A stretch of 63,140 bases of DNA, counting the filler, from Bipalium vagum (lineage: Eukaryota), in assembly GCA_037834085.1 (NCBI GenBank). It is 3 parts of 3 records of this genome, joined end to end, with 100 filler letters (N's around TTAATTAATTAA, not from the genome) between each part and the next. Parts side by side here need not be neighbours in the genome. Positions count along the whole stretch, not along the records: positions 1 to 25,691 come from JBBMKC010184297.1; positions 25,792 to 44,508 come from JBBMKC010021625.1; 1 more part is not named here. One strand, given 5' to 3'. The position numbers and the translations under genes were made by a program. The notes below the pieces were generated by a model, which saw nothing but the letters and a program-made list of their open reading frames with translations, was not told where the DNA came from and did not search any database. Within the stretch, counting starts at the first letter, position 1. Each line of letters starts with the position of its first letter. Positions 13,681 to 27,869 of this stretch are shown here, piece after piece.

Positions 13681-13953
13681 ATTAATTTTGGTAATCCTGC
13701 TGTTAAGATGTGTAAAATATTTTAAAGTTTAAATTTTTTGCATATATGAAGCGTTCAGTTTGCACCTTCACAAATCCACGTGGTGTAAGTGGCGTTTTTT
13801 GACTCTATTTTTAGTCTTAATTGCCATTACACACTTTAAATTGTATATTCTTACATTAAATGCTGACTTTTATTCAAATATTATTTTTTCACCCTTTCCT
13901 AAATGAATGACAACTTGAAACCGCATAATTGCAGGAATACCATAATTGAAATA

Positions 13954-14182
13954 TTGAGTTGTTCGGAAAATAACTTCGCATTTTTTTATTAAAACGTAAG
14001 ACCAAAAGTTTTATTAGTAATAAATTTTTAATCAATGATGTATTGTTCTTTTCCAAGGTATTGTTATTGTTCCAAGACCTTCTGTCATCTACCAGGCAAT
14101 TTGAATATCCAAAAGTTAAATGCTTTAAATTAAAATTTTAAAATAGGTATAAAAAACCGATATGACTTTCCAAAAAATCCAA
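13954..14182 (-). mobile_element. 229-bp mariner deletion derivative (MITE-like)
   Basis: Imperfect TIRs TTGAGTTGTTCGGAAAATAACTTCG and (reverse complement) TTGGATTTTTTGGAAAGTCATATCG, both flanked by TA. The interior keeps only the transposase tail IFKLPGR*QKVLEQ. Confidence 0.7.
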
Positions 14183-15426
14183 TATGTACAATAACTATTT
14201 TAGGTTAAAAACCAACATTATTTTTAAAATAATTCTAATATAATTCGTGCGAATTGGTTTATTGATTCGTGAGAATTTTGCACATATTTGTTTAAATTAA
14301 ATTAATAAAATTTGTGTGTTTTAAAAAAATCAATTAAAAAAAAATTTTCAAGGTAATAACTTATAATTTATAAAATTATTGTTTCATAATCTTAGATTTA
14401 TCAGAAAAGTATAATATATATTTTAATTACAGATTTTTAAGAATACATTTACTTTAACCAAACAACAAATATAAACAGACATTGAAATACTTAATAAAGA
14501 AATAATAAAATGCAATTTAATTATAGTGTCCCGATTATTTCCGTTTCTATTGTATATTTATAATTATATTATTGATAACTAATTATTATACTTTTAATCA
14601 GTATGAGGAAATTACCGATATCTAAATTTTATCTAAAAATTATTTCAAGAGAAAGAATGCAAATTGAAAAAGTAAACACTTTCTACATATATTAATTATT
14701 TATGGAAATATTGGCAAACTATAATTACTAAACGGTAAAATAAAACGCTAAGTAATTATAGCCTGAATGTATTAAGTAGAAAATTATTTCATAATTTTAT
14801 ATTTAACTACTTAAATTTTTAAAAATATTCCATAGGTTAAAAGAATGCTGAAATAAGAAATTATTAACCTTGTTTTAATTTATAATATTTAAAGATTAGT
14901 TTGATATTGTGAAACTTAATTAATTAAAATACTTGTAACTATATCGATTAATAAATTTTTTTTAATTGATTTTATCACAATGAAAATAAATTAAATTATT
15001 ATTTTATTGTTTGCTGAAAGATAAATTATTTTATTATATTATACAGCTCAAAACTATTAAAATAATATCCTAAAATGTAATGCCAACTTAATTAAGAAAG
15101 GTAATAAATTATAAATTGAAAATTGATAGACATTTATATTATAATTATTTGATAAATGAAGGTAATAGTTATATCTAGCAAACATTATGTATTAAAGAGT
15201 TCATAATAATTTGCTAAATAAAAAATAATTTCATTATAAATACAGGAAGAGCATTCATTTTATTAATAATAATATTATTATTATCAATAATATTAATTGA
15301 ATAATAAATTTGATTGATAATATTAAAAAAATTAGAAGAAAATATAAAATTAATCTTAAATTGATTTTAATTAAATACCAATTAATTTTAATGACTATTG
15401 ATTCAATCCAAACATTTTCAATGCAA

Positions 15427-15429
<3 letters not shown>

Positions 15430-15468
<39 letters not shown>
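15430..15468. repeat. (TTA)n microsatellite
   Basis: Perfect TTA run. Confidence 0.9.
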
Positions 15469-15472
<4 letters not shown>

Positions 15473-16216
15473 TTTACATTTATTAAAAATATATTCATTT
15501 TGGATTTATTGAAGAATATTTACCGGGTGGAGTATATTACTTGCAACATTTAGAGGAATCAATATCAAAGATAATACATAGATGGGAATATAACAATAAC
15601 ATTAGTGATAAAAGAATTAATAATCTATACATCATTTTATCAACATTTCCCAATTTATGATAAAAAAATTAAACTTATTTCGTGACAGATATTTTATGGA
15701 TAAATCAATTAGGATATTAGAGGTAATGAACAGATATTGCATTTTAAAGACAATTTCTAAATTAAAAAATATAATAAAAATTCGTCGACATTGTTAGCTC
15801 TAATGAATAACAAAACAAATCAATAGGGGAATAGGTTCGAAAAACACTTCGAAATTAAGATTTTAAAGATATTTTTATTTTAATAAATAAAATAAAAAAT
15901 TGATTTCACTCTCAGATTGTTATCTAATGAACAGGTTTCCGCTGAATTTATGAAGAAAATGTTGATATGTTGAAGATTTAAGAAAGAACTTTTGATGAAA
16001 TAAAAACTTTTTAAAAAATTTGTAATTATTAAAAAGCTTTAAAATTAAAATATCGACGAATTTGCGGTAATTAAATATAATTTAGGCAAATAAAACTTTA
16101 AAAAATATTTTTTCAAAATTTGTCACTCATCAATTATTTACTTTGGAATTTATTTTCCAAATTCTCAAAATCTGAGTAATGGGCGAAAAATATCATTTTA
16201 ATATCATTTGTCACTT

Positions 16217-16217
<1 letters not shown>

Positions 16218-16281
<64 letters not shown>
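16218..16281. repeat. (TAA)n microsatellite
   Basis: Perfect TAA run, about 21 units. Confidence 0.9.
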
Positions 16282-16284
<3 letters not shown>

Positions 16285-19200
16285 ATTATAAATCAAAAAA
16301 TAATAAAAGAATGGTAAACAACAAATATTAAATTTAAGAATAAAATGGAAAGCAGATATTAATAAAATAAATTAATCATTAATATATGACACTTCCAATT
16401 TGAAATTTAATGAATTTTATAATTTATTTTTTATGATTCTACAATAAAAAACTTCGTTCAAAAGATTGTCTGTTAAAATGTTATCCTATTTTTTGAAAAT
16501 ATTTTTTATTTAGTTCAGAAGTATAAGACGGGTTTTATTTATTGAAAGATTTTTATTTAATAATTTAAAAATCATTAAGAATCATCTTTATTGATTTCTT
16601 AATTTTTCATAATTAATGTAAAATTATTTGATACAATTATAATAAATAATTTTCAAAAATATTAAACCATTGAGAAATTGGGAATTATTTTAATTCTTTA
16701 AACTTTGAAATAAAAATTAATATCCTTGAATATATTCCTTATTTAAATTTGATTTGCTTCAGGAATCAATATCTGTAATTAGAATTTATGATCCAGTTTT
16801 GATATATGGATAAATGAACTGAAAACCTATGCTTCACTAAACAAATTACAATTCTCCATCTCAGCTCAGATACGATAAGAAATGATGGAAAATTGATGAA
16901 AAAATAATTTACAGTTTGAATGTTTATCTTCATATGTTGAAATATTTAATTTATTTGTGATTCAGAAATTCAGAACGCATTTATTTTTTTTTCAATTTCC
17001 AATGATTTTTAACGATTTAAGCAAAAGATGACACTATATTCTTTGTTTTATCTTTAACGGAACGAAAGTTGAGATATGATAAATAATGTTGGCCCAATCT
17101 TGATTTCTTAAACTTTATATTTATGGGTTTATTATAGCTATGTTAGCTGGGATATCAACAAAATCAGTCATAATTTGAACAATATATTTTGAATGATTTT
17201 TAAAACAATGACACTTAAACAAATTTTTCATTCTTACTAAATATTGTGCCATTAAATATCAAAATTCATTTCAATAAAAAATTTTATTTAAAATAAATAT
17301 TAAAATTAAATTAAATTAATTAAAAATTAAAATTAGGTGCAATATAAAAGTTATAAAATTAGAAATCAATTTTAATACTCCCAATAATAATTTTAAGTCA
17401 CAATTGCAAAAAAAGGGGATATTCGCCTTTTGTATACTTCATCTTTTTCATTTTTTGACACTTCAAAAATATTGTAAACATTTCAAATATAATTTTAACA
17501 GATTTTGAAATATGAACGATATTTAATAAAAAAACCTTAGGTTTTTTCTGAAAAGCATTTGTGAATTAAATACCTAAAACAACTTATGAAAAAATTCGAC
17601 ATAAATGTCTGGTAATTTTAATTAAAATGAAAATATCAATTTAAATTTTCACCAATCCCTCAAGAAAGTAAACTGATATATTAATGCATAGCGAGCCAAT
17701 TAAATCTGCAAAAAGCTTAAAGAAATATTAAATAGTAAATTAAAAACCATATTTCTACTTTGTTTAAAGTGGATATATTGATTAACTTTTTAATCATAAT
17801 TTCAGATATGAATTCAGAATTGAAATACAGGAAAACCACATTCTTTCTCTTTGTCCTGGGCCGATGTGAATGGAAATTGTTCGTTGCTTACATTACCTAA
17901 TTTCAATAGTTGGATATTTGAGCTTTGTGTCGGGTAAAAATCACAATCGATCAATATTGAAAACTGTAGATCGAGAGTTTTGATATTTTCTAATTTAAAT
18001 TGATTCTACCTCGGAATCAATTTTTTTGTTCACACAAAAAACAATAATAAATAAAAAAAATCCGAATATAAACATTTAAAAATTACATTTCTCCAAAAAA
18101 TAAAAGCGTATAATAGGTTTACCTTTTTATTAATTGTCATATCAATTGCATTTGTTATTTGAGTAGACTCATTTCAAGTTCACTTCATTTGCTTTTAATA
18201 AATAAAACAAGACTGAAGCCATTAGCGAGTTAATAAGTTAAAATGCTCAAAATAATAAAATTAATAATAACTAATTATAGTATAATTATTTTGAAATATA
18301 TTTTACATTGTAATATTTCGATTTGTGTTCGATATTAATGTGCATTTGGTAAGTCTTAATGATGATTCTGATGAAGAAATAATAATAAAAAAATATTATT
18401 TGAAAAAAATAAGAATAACATATAAAAGGTTACTTTCTTAACTAGTACATATTAAAGAAATTGTTGCGGAATGTGATTAATTTATTGTTGTGTTTTATTA
18501 TTTCCCATATCTGTTTTAATTATGAGAACGTTAGGCTATAAAAATATAAAACCAGATTTTCCATTGATTAAATAGAATTTAATGGACATTATTCTTACTT
18601 AATAAGAATTATTTAGAGATCAAATACTTTGAACAACATAAATGATCAGCAAAAATGAAAAATTCTAATTGAAAGAAATAATTATCAAAGATTTGGTTTT
18701 GGAAAAAATAATAATTTTCTTTCAAATCTCTAATTAAAATAATGGCCATTAATCATTAATTAAAACTTATTAATTAACAATATTATTGACATAATGGATA
18801 ATTATAATACCAACGACGTGCATTGGACAAAAATTAGGCTCAATGCCATTTTAACTATTGTAACAATTTCAATATATTATAAATTATTTATTTAAATCAT
18901 AAAGATAGAAAGAAAAAAATTGTCATTTCACAATAAAGTAAATCAAATAATCAAACAATCAATAAAAAGTACACATTTTTCTATGGAGAACTATTAAAAA
19001 AATATTATTTTTCAATTTTCTTCATACCCTTAGGAAATAATTTCGATGTAATTAAGGTGCACTAAATATTCACCCAGAAATTTAGTGGAAGAATATCCTT
19101 CCTCAAACTTATTAATAATTATATAATAATTTTCCATGTGTTGTATATATTATTATTTTATTCAGAAATTTTAAAAAGTAATTAATATAAGCCTATCTCG

Positions 19201-19841
19201 TTTAGCCTCATAAATCGATTATTAATTTGTTATGGTAAAAAAGAAAAAAATATTTTAGTTTAAATTTTGAGGTATTTTAACAAAAATTTCAAACAAGTTT
19301 ATATTTAAGAAATAATAAAACTATATACAATATTTTAATAATAAACGTTTTCATTAAAACAGTATAGAAAAATAATACAACAATATTATTTATTTATATA
19401 TATAATATGTATTAAAATTATAAAAATAATGAAAATAAAGAAGGAAGAAAAATTTCATTAATAAAAAATATTAAATAATCTCCCAGAAAAATATAATGTC
19501 TAGTTTAATTTTCTTTTCCATCAAGAGGAAAAAGTAAAAATTATTTTATTGATTTTAATTCTGATTAAAGTGATTTCCATTTTTCTGGTTGAATTTTCCG
19601 AGCTGGCCATATTAGAATTTATTAATGAGAAAAAATCTTTCATAACGGGCAAAAAGTTAAAAGGGAAAACATTAGGAAATCAAATCTCCCGCATTTAACA
19701 GAATGCTGAAGAAATTGTTGAAATGCTTTAACGATATTCAAGTATTTTTTATTCAATTTTTTTATTATATGATCTTGCCATTTTATCGTTATTCACTTAA
19801 AGTACAACCTGACTTTGTGATATTTCACTTGATAACCATAT

Positions 19842-20260
19842 ACGAGGTGTGTCCAAAAAATCTTGTCAGTGACTCATTAAATAGACTAATTTTAGATATT
19901 TTGATTCAATTTTATAATCACTAAAATCTGTAAAGTCTGCTGATCCAAAATCTCTTATGTGAAGCTATTGGTCATTGACAATTCTTGCAAAATATCTTTA
20001 ACAGCATTCCGAGTAATACTTAGTCAAATAACCCTGTTGCCATTACTGATTATTAAGAATAAATGAATTATTTTGTCTCAAATGTGGGAACATGCCAGTC
20101 CTCATCAATTTGAGCGAAACAGTTTTGGTCCAAATTGCATCTGTGAATCTCTTAATGTACTCTTTTGGCATGTTTAAAAGATTGAAATTTCCTCTTGGGA
20201 AAAAACTGAAAAATTGCCTATTACAACAATCTCTGGTCAAGGGAGGAACGTAGAAATTGT
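19842..20260 (-). mobile_element. Mariner 3'-end relic
   Basis: TA-CGAGGTGTGTCCAAAAAAT TIR-like start. Adjacent minus-strand sequence is only weakly transposase-like (NAVKDILQEL). Confidence 0.4.
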
Positions 20261-21398
20261 TTTGTATCAAATTAGAGCGCATAATTTCTATATAATAATA
20301 ATATTATTATTATTAGATTTTTTTGTTATTATTTGATAATTCTCCAGCTTAATATGTCTACGTTAAGTGTGAAATTGTTTTAATCCAGTCGAAGAAAAAT
20401 CATTAGTATAAGAATATTGACGAAAACTTAATGGGAAAAATAATAAATGTTGACAGAAAAATAGGGATTAGCGATATAATAATTACACTTTATCATTAAT
20501 GTATTCTTCTCACTTGTCAAACCCCTAAAAGGAAACGATTATCTCAATGTTCTATAATATTTTGTAATTGAAGATTTTATAACTGTTTTTTAGTAGACTC
20601 TGTTGCATCGAAATCGGGAATAATCTCGCATCATCAGATATAATCAATAACAGAGAAAAGTAATAGAAAATAATTCACTTTTATTCAGTAAATAATAAAA
20701 AATGTACTTTCCAGCTTGAAAATATATCGTGTTACGAATTTCAATTATACAGTATAACTCGCTCTTCTAATAGCAGAAAAAGAGATTTAATGCAGCATAA
20801 AACAAATATTTGAGAGGAAAATCTTGAAAATAGTCCTACCTCCAAGTTTATCAACATTTAATTTTTAATGAAAATCCCCTGACAATTTTTCTATTGAGTA
20901 ATGAATCAATTATTATATTACAACCTTGAATATTCGATTAAAAAAATTATATTAAAATTAATCAAATTAAAACAAATATAAATTACATCTTTATAAATTT
21001 ATGTTATTTTCTTAATTAACCAACAATAATTGTAATTATATATGCAGAATACATTAAGCAAATAGAAATAATCATAAAATGAGTCTTGAGAGTTTTATAT
21101 CAGACATCAGATCATATTAAACGGTTTTTAATGTAAATAATAATGTTTGAGAAAATCTGTTTTTAATAAGAACTATTTTGCATATGATATATAACTAAAA
21201 ATCAGAAATAATATTTTATAAATATTTCTAATAGTTAAAAATAATAATCAAAATAAATAATATATTTCAAACAAAAAAATCATTTTGATAATAAATAAAA
21301 ATTCTGTGAATATGATTGATTAAAAATATTTACATTTCCATGTTTAAATCGTGGACATTATCTTTTGTATTAAGTATTAATAATAACAATATAACCAA

Positions 21399-21496
21399 CA
21401 CTCATCGCATATTGTTCGGTATAAATCTGCGACAGCCTTTCCTTGTTTGAAATCATACCTGCTACAAATTAGAATTTTGTATTTATTGTCATCCAT
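21399..21496 (-). mobile_element. Mariner N-terminal fragment
   Basis: MDDNKYKILICSRYDFKQGKAVADLYRTICDE resembles the first HTH (YEFKxGxxA motif). Confidence 0.65.
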
Positions 21497-22409
21497 AATT
21501 TGTATATTACATTAAAGTTATTTAGATTTTAAAAAGGTTCCATTTTTTATTTATAGGGTGTTATTTGTAAGCTTATTTTCTAACTTAAAATAATTCAAAT
21601 AAGAGATAATATTAATAAAATATTATAAATGAGACAAACATACATATAAAAATTTAAAATAGGTGGTTTTTGTGAATTATTCAATAATAAATGTTATTCA
21701 AAAACATGCTTTTCTAACTTAAAAAAACATAGTCATTTTATTTATAATTTTGAGTTTAAGCAAAAAAAATCAACTAAGTTACATTGGTAAATCTCATTAT
21801 GAATTATCCATATATATTTACTAAGATATCCAATATAATCAACTGTTATTGATGAAACCCTGAAAAAATATATTAATTTTCTTTTTTAAGTTATAATTTT
21901 TAATAACTAAAAATCTAATTTATCAATTAAATTTGGTTTATTCAAGCCAAATGGATAAATATTTCAGACAAAAGTCTATTAATTGTGTAATTATATTAAA
22001 AAGGTTTGAAAATGAGATCTGGTCAATTTATCAAATAAAACGATAAAAGAAAATTCATAATTTGAAAGGGGATAAGAATAAAATTAAATGTGAAATAAGA
22101 TATGCACCGTCTGTGATATGTAATGAAATTTTATATTATTTTTTAATAATGTTTGATTTCGTTAGGCAGTCTAAACATTTCCGATGAAATTATATTTATT
22201 ATATGAAGTTGTTATTATTTCCTTATCAATTTTAATTCTAACTGTACATGTTACTTTAAAGAGTAACGAGTAAAGAGTATAAAGTAAGAATCTGATTTTA
22301 AAGTATAATGCTGTAAAATATATTTAATATGAAACTGAGAAGATTTTATATAGTTTTATTATTTATTAAACTTTATTATTTTACTACAGAATTATCATTA
22401 ACTTTAAAA

Positions 22410-23228
22410 TGAGGGGAAGTCGAAAAGTATCGAGAATGAAGAATATGGAAAGGCTTAGTAAAAAATAAAAAAATTAATAATAAAATACATTATTTTAATG
22501 CTACATTACTTTTATCTAATAATAAATATGGCATACAAAGCTGAAAATATCAGTTTGTCAATTAGAAACTTTAGAGTAATGATTTTATATGATTTCTAAA
22601 TTTGGCATTTACTGATGATGCCCCATTGAAAAGTACAGTGTTTTGATGGTTTTATGAATCTAAGTCTGGACGCGTCTCTTTAGGCGATCAGAAGGTCATC
22701 AATAAACAAGTGTATCAGATGAGAATATTGAAGTATTTCGGAAATTAATTGAAGAAGATCGTCCGACAACATATAATGAAATTCAGATATCCTTAAAAAT
22801 ATCTCGGATTTCAATCAATTCTATTGTACATGAACACTTAGTGTCAGAAAGCTATATCCCGTTGGATACCGCATATTCTTACAATTGATCGAAAATAAGA
22901 TCGCGTTAATTTGTCTAAAGCTATGGTCGATAAATTTAAGAAGGGTATCTCAAAACATGTTTATGACATCCTCATAAACATTGGATTACGGATATACTCA
23001 TATGAACTCGAAAAAAGCATCAGTCAACTGTTTGGGTGTTTCAGGTAAAAATTTGTTCGATCCCGGATGGTTGTCTGTTTCGAAGCCAAATCAGGTCATG
23101 TCGCTACCATTTTTTTACTTAAAATTGGTATACCACAGTTTGCTTGCCTGAAGTCATCAAAGAATGAAGAAAAAAACAACTCGAAACGCTCCATTATTTT
23201 GCATCATGTTAATGTCACTTTCCACTAA
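22410..23228 (+). mobile_element. Mariner relic, 3'-truncated
   Basis: TIR-like TGAGGGGAAGTCGAAAAGTATCGAGAAT. Peptides FRVMILYDF, STVF*WFYESKSGRVSL, KLIEEDRPTTYNEI, RKLYPRWIPHILT, QSTVWVF, WYTTVCLPEV, IILHHVN. Confidence 0.88.
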
Positions 23229-23875
23229 TGTATCTCGATTATATAAAGAGATGGCTATTCCCAGAAAGCTGCCTAGATTATGCTAAGAAAATGGCCCAGA
23301 AGAAAAGCAGTATTTCACAATTTCGTTTAGAAGAATATTATCGTCGGAAGAAAAACATTTGATAGTGCTTTTGGAAGATTTGCAGAGAACTACGACCGTT
23401 TTGCCGAGGACAGTTGCAGACCTAGTAATTTTCAGTTTATTTTCAGATGACAATGCAAAAGGATTTACCAAAGGGACCCAGCGAGTTTCGGAATCCCAAG
23501 TGATCTGCAAAGGACCTAGAGGACAATCCTAGGACCCCTTGTCGCTCTTGGTGAGGTTGTTGTATTTTGTATTTTAATTTTATTTTTTTCTGTTGTGATT
23601 ATCTTTTAACATTTATCCTAAATTTATTTAGTAACCATATTATTATTCATTTTGTGTTTGATTTTCCCAATTATCTTTTAGCGAGTCGATTGGGACGATT
23701 TTGTTGTTGTTGTAATCAAATATTAAAACGAGTTTGTTTCTTACGACGAGTGTGTCAGGTTGTTGTTGAATTTTCAATAAAGTTTTGCCGTGATTATTTT
23801 GATTCAATTAGGGTGCGGATAAAGTTTTACTGTGGGGTTTTGATTCAGATTGAGTTTTAAATTTTTGCTGCTACA
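23229..23875 (+). mobile_element. Possible solo LTR or unclassified insertion
   Basis: 647-bp GC-richer block starting TGTA and ending TACA. AATAAA near the 3' end and a duplicated ATAAAGTTTT...TTTTGATTCA motif. No matching target-site duplication. Confidence 0.3.
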
Positions 23876-23934
23876 ATAGTAACACAAACACAAAATTGTG
23901 TAGGGAGGAGTTATTGATTTACGAGCGAAATTTA

Positions 23935-24693
23935 CGTCCTCAGTAACAATATTATTAATAAATGCATCACCGTATTGATTCAACAGTTTCAAATTTGACA
24001 ATGTGTAATTGAGGCGCATTTCCTTCATGTTAGGACACAGAAACTTTGGAACAAATCGTGAGCATAATTTTCGATAGCCTAGTTTCCCAATGATGTTGTG
24101 ACAACTGCCAACACTTATTTTAAGTAATTCAGCAATTTCACTCACCTTAATTCGTCTTTCAGATCGAATAATCGCCTCACATTGCGTAATTTTCTGATCG
24201 GAAATTTCAGTTGGTCTGTAAACATTGTAATAATCCTGGTGCACACTTTGACGGCCATGCTTGATAAATGATATCCAACGATATATTGTGGATCTAGAAG
24301 GACATTTGTTGTCATATGCAATTGCCATATCACGAAATATTACATCAGACGACTTCTTTAAAAGCATATACAATTTTATCACACTTCATATTCCAACTCA
24401 TCCATTTGACAAAAAATAAAATGTGAGTTAGTTTATGATTTATACGTCAGCCAATCAGATTATTTAATTTATGTATATAAACAAACATACGTGTAGGTGT
24501 TTAAGCCAATTGGCTTGATTGGTTTATCATGTTTTTTTCAGTCAGTCGGAGGTATTATTGAGCGAACCAAGTACTTTGTTAAGGTAATAATAGTAGCAAT
24601 TGTGGCGGTGAATACTTTGATAAATAGTGATGTTAATTATTATAAATATATGCTGTTTGTGTGTCATTCCAAAAACTTTTCAACTGACCTACG
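23935..24693 (-). mobile_element. Mariner element, 5' half (best-preserved transposase frame)
   Basis: ORF 23804-24382: CPSRSTIYRWISFIKHGRQSV, IRSERRIKVSEIAELLKISVGSCHNI, YRKLCSRFVPKFL, FINNIVTED (first catalytic D), after which homology stops. TIR CGTAGGTCAGTTGAAAAGTTTTTGGAATGA. Frameshift after MDELEY. Confidence 0.9.
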
Positions 24694-24719
24694 CACAGTC
24701 ATGTAAGCGATTATAAGAG

Positions 24720-25020
24720 TCCTTCATAACATTTTAATACATTTATAATTATAGTCTACATTTGAAAATATCTTTCAGGCATTGAATATCATTTGCTTTT
24801 CTTTTACGTACTTGTGTCCTCAGACATCTTCAAAGGAAGAAATCAAGTGATGTTAAGTTCAGTGATCTGATAGCCCAATGGAATGGTCTAGTCTTGTCAT
24901 CCACATTCAGAGAAAATTGCTTTTTAAAAATATACTATGTGGTAAATCTTGTTGAAAAACTATTTTAGATTTAATTCTGTGACAAATCGAAATTCGGATA
25001 CTTACTTTATACACACCCTA
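24720..25020 (-). mobile_element. Short mariner-like 5' fragment
   Basis: TIR-like TAGGGTGTGTATAAAAGTAAGTATCCGAATT (reverse complement) with weak HTH-region remnants. Confidence 0.35.
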
Positions 25021-25691
25021 TATTTTTTATACTGCTTAAATAAAATAAATAATATAACTACTGCTAATAATAATCATAATAATTATTATATAGTATTTTA
25101 AATAGAAAGAAGACGAATATTTATGCTTTAATTAATTTGTTTTCTTTCGTTTTTTCTAACATAAAAAATTAAGAAACAAAAATACAGATTTGTATTCGTA
25201 TTAGGATAAAGCTCACTGTCAATAGAAAAAGTTTCAAAAATTGCTTTCTGGATTTTGATTGATTCATGAAGATGGGAGTCAATATTTTTCTTTTTTCTTT
25301 TCTTTCCACATCATTTTTCTTCTTATTGTTTGTAGTTTAAGAAAAGTACCTCATAAAATAATCTTTGCCCCAATCGATAAATTTGAAAGTATCTGACAAA
25401 TAATTTTGTAAATGCACGAAATAAAGGAGAAAAAATAGTGGGTTTTATAAATCAGTCTAAATTTTTCAGAAGTAAAAAAACTGAAGTATTTCATAAATTG
25501 ATTTTAAATGTGCCTGAGCCTTTTTTGAAAATTCTTATCATATTTAAGTGATATTATAATTAGTAGCAGAAGTCGAGGAGTTTATAAAATATTTTTTGAA
25601 ATATGATAACTTATATGACAGCCGTTATTAAAACACTTAATTATTTTGGAAGTGATTAACAAAATAATAATAGTAGTAGTAGTAATAATAA

Positions 25692-25791
25692 NNNNNNNNN
25701 NNNNNNNNNNNNNNNNNNNNNNNNNNNNNNNNNNNTTAATTAATTAANNNNNNNNNNNNNNNNNNNNNNNNNNNNNNNNNNNNNNNNNNNN
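25692..25791. other. Assembly gap with artificial six-frame-stop linker
   Basis: Exactly N44-TTAATTAATTAA-N44. Confidence 0.97.

Positions 25792-25863
<72 letters not shown>
25792..25863. repeat. (TAA)n microsatellite at contig start
   Basis: Perfect TAA run abutting the gap. Confidence 0.9.
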
Positions 25864-25865
<2 letters not shown>

Positions 25866-26246
25866 TTTAATGGAAGTTAAAATAATAAGTATTACAATTA
25901 ATTAGAGATCAAGTCATAATTTAAGGACTGCAAATCATTGATAATTCACATTGAAGATAAATCACGTAGATTTTAAGATGAAAATTTTATGTATCATACC
26001 TATTACATCCTCACGTTATTATTCTAAAGAAAAAAAATTATTTAAAAATGTTAAGAAATATTTCTATGGATAAAATATTTAAACTATGAAAAATTTACTT
26101 TTTCTATTATTAAATGCACATTATAGAGTTTATATATTAATGGTATCAAAGAGACTGACACTCATTCAACGAATGTTTAACTAAATTCAATATTAAATTT
26201 AACTTTATATCGACCTCAGTGATCTTATGAAGATGATCATTAATAT

Positions 26247-27352
26247 CAGTTAACCAAAACGTTCGTGGATATTTTCATCCACAAATTTTTATAAATATTG
26301 TTGAGGTTGTTATCTTAGACGGTGTTTATACGATTTATGGCATTATTCTATTTTTATTTCAAATAATAAATTTTTAGATATATTTTTTGATATCATATTT
26401 CAAATGGACACCAATAAATTCTTAATCTGAGCCTGTTTATTAGATGAATTTAAAATGAGCACCAAAACTATCGAAGGGGTCCGATTAAATATGTATCAAA
26501 TTCGGTGATTATGCTGTAAATTCACAATTTAAAAACTGAGAGACCAATGATTGTTCACTATGTTATTAAAGAAATTACTGAATCAAATTCAAACGTAACA
26601 TGCTCAGATCGTGCGACAATGTCCAATGTCAGTGATGAAACAATATGAGAAAAGCGTAAAAATTAAGCAAGTGAATCCCACATGATTTGTCAAAAGATAA
26701 CAAATCAAGCCGTCTTAGGATTTGTCCTGTAAACTTATTATAAAATGAAAAATATTCTTTTCTTGATATTTTGTTAACTTGAGACTTGAAGTGGATATTA
26801 TACTCTACTGCTAAGCGTTTCTTTCATTGGTTATCATCTATTCCAAAGCTTTTGATGGCTCTAAAAAGTATTTGTTTATGTTTGGTAGACAACAATCGGA
26901 ATTATCCATTACGAGTTTTTGGAAACTATTCAAACCATAGCCTCTGAGTTATATTGCAAATGGCTACAGTGAGTATGGGAACCACATGTCAAGAAACAAC
27001 CATATTTGATCAATAGAGAGAAAATTTTATTCTAAAATTTTTGAGACAATATCAGACAAAATTTAAATCGTAAAAAATTTCTGAACTTGGCTAGAAATTG
27101 TTGCCACACCTTCCACATTCTCTTGACATTTCGTCAAGTGATTAGCACCTTTCCAGACTCTTGACATCTTAATCAGGCATAAGTAGTTCGAAACTTTCGA
27201 AAAGGCATAGAAACATTGGCCTATGTCAGAAAAAGATTATTGAGTGTGATGATAGGTATTTCGATGAATAAAATTGCGTTACTGTTTTTTTAATTAAGCT
27301 TTTTTATTTTTTTAATATTTTATTATAAAGACGCACGAACTTTTTGGTTATC
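26247..27352 (+). mobile_element. Near full-length decayed mariner
   Basis: TIR-like ends TCAGTTAACCAAAACGTTCGTG and CACGAACTTTTTGGTTATC. Peptides ACLLDEFK, *IPHDL, T*DLKWILY, GIIHYEFLE, LLPHLPHSLDISSSD*HL. Confidence 0.82.
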
Positions 27353-27869
27353 TTTTTTGTAATTATAAACAATTTATACACGACTAGATTAATTATTTTC
27401 CCTTTTATTTTTTTAAAAAATGGAACATGAACAGTTAGAAAAAAAGTTGTATTCAATTCAAAATTAATAAATTAAAACAAACAAAATTCACTTATAAAAG
27501 GTTCACTTTTTCGTAGTCGAAATATATTTATAAAGTTTTTCATGAACGCTAAAGTCCAAGATTTAAGATAAACATTGTGTGAATATTCTTCTTTGTTTAT
27601 AAATTTACTAAAAATTGATAATTGCACTAAATATATTTCAATAATATTGTAAAATTAATTTTAATTCGGAATAAAAGAATTTCTAAATTTCACATACCAT
27701 CTTCATGTAACACATATATATTAAATTTTTATATATTTTAACAGGGACGTACGTGAATTTATTCGTATCTTAAAGAAATGTGAAAAAATAAATTAAGAAC
27801 TGTGATTAAAAAAATCATCTGGACAACGATTCAAACATACAACGATTAAAATATTATTCAAAAAGTACT

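Noticed and set aside
15487-15660. Protein-like open frame FGFIEEYLPGGVYYLQHLEE...
   Set aside because: No start codon or in-frame acceptor, and no recognisable family.
17831-17933. AG..GT-bounded open stretch (KPHSFSLSWADVNGNCSLLTLPNFNSWIFELCV) as a possible upstream PTP exon
   Set aside because: Poor polypyrimidine tract, no partner exons, no convincing FN3 pattern, and two gaps away from the gene.
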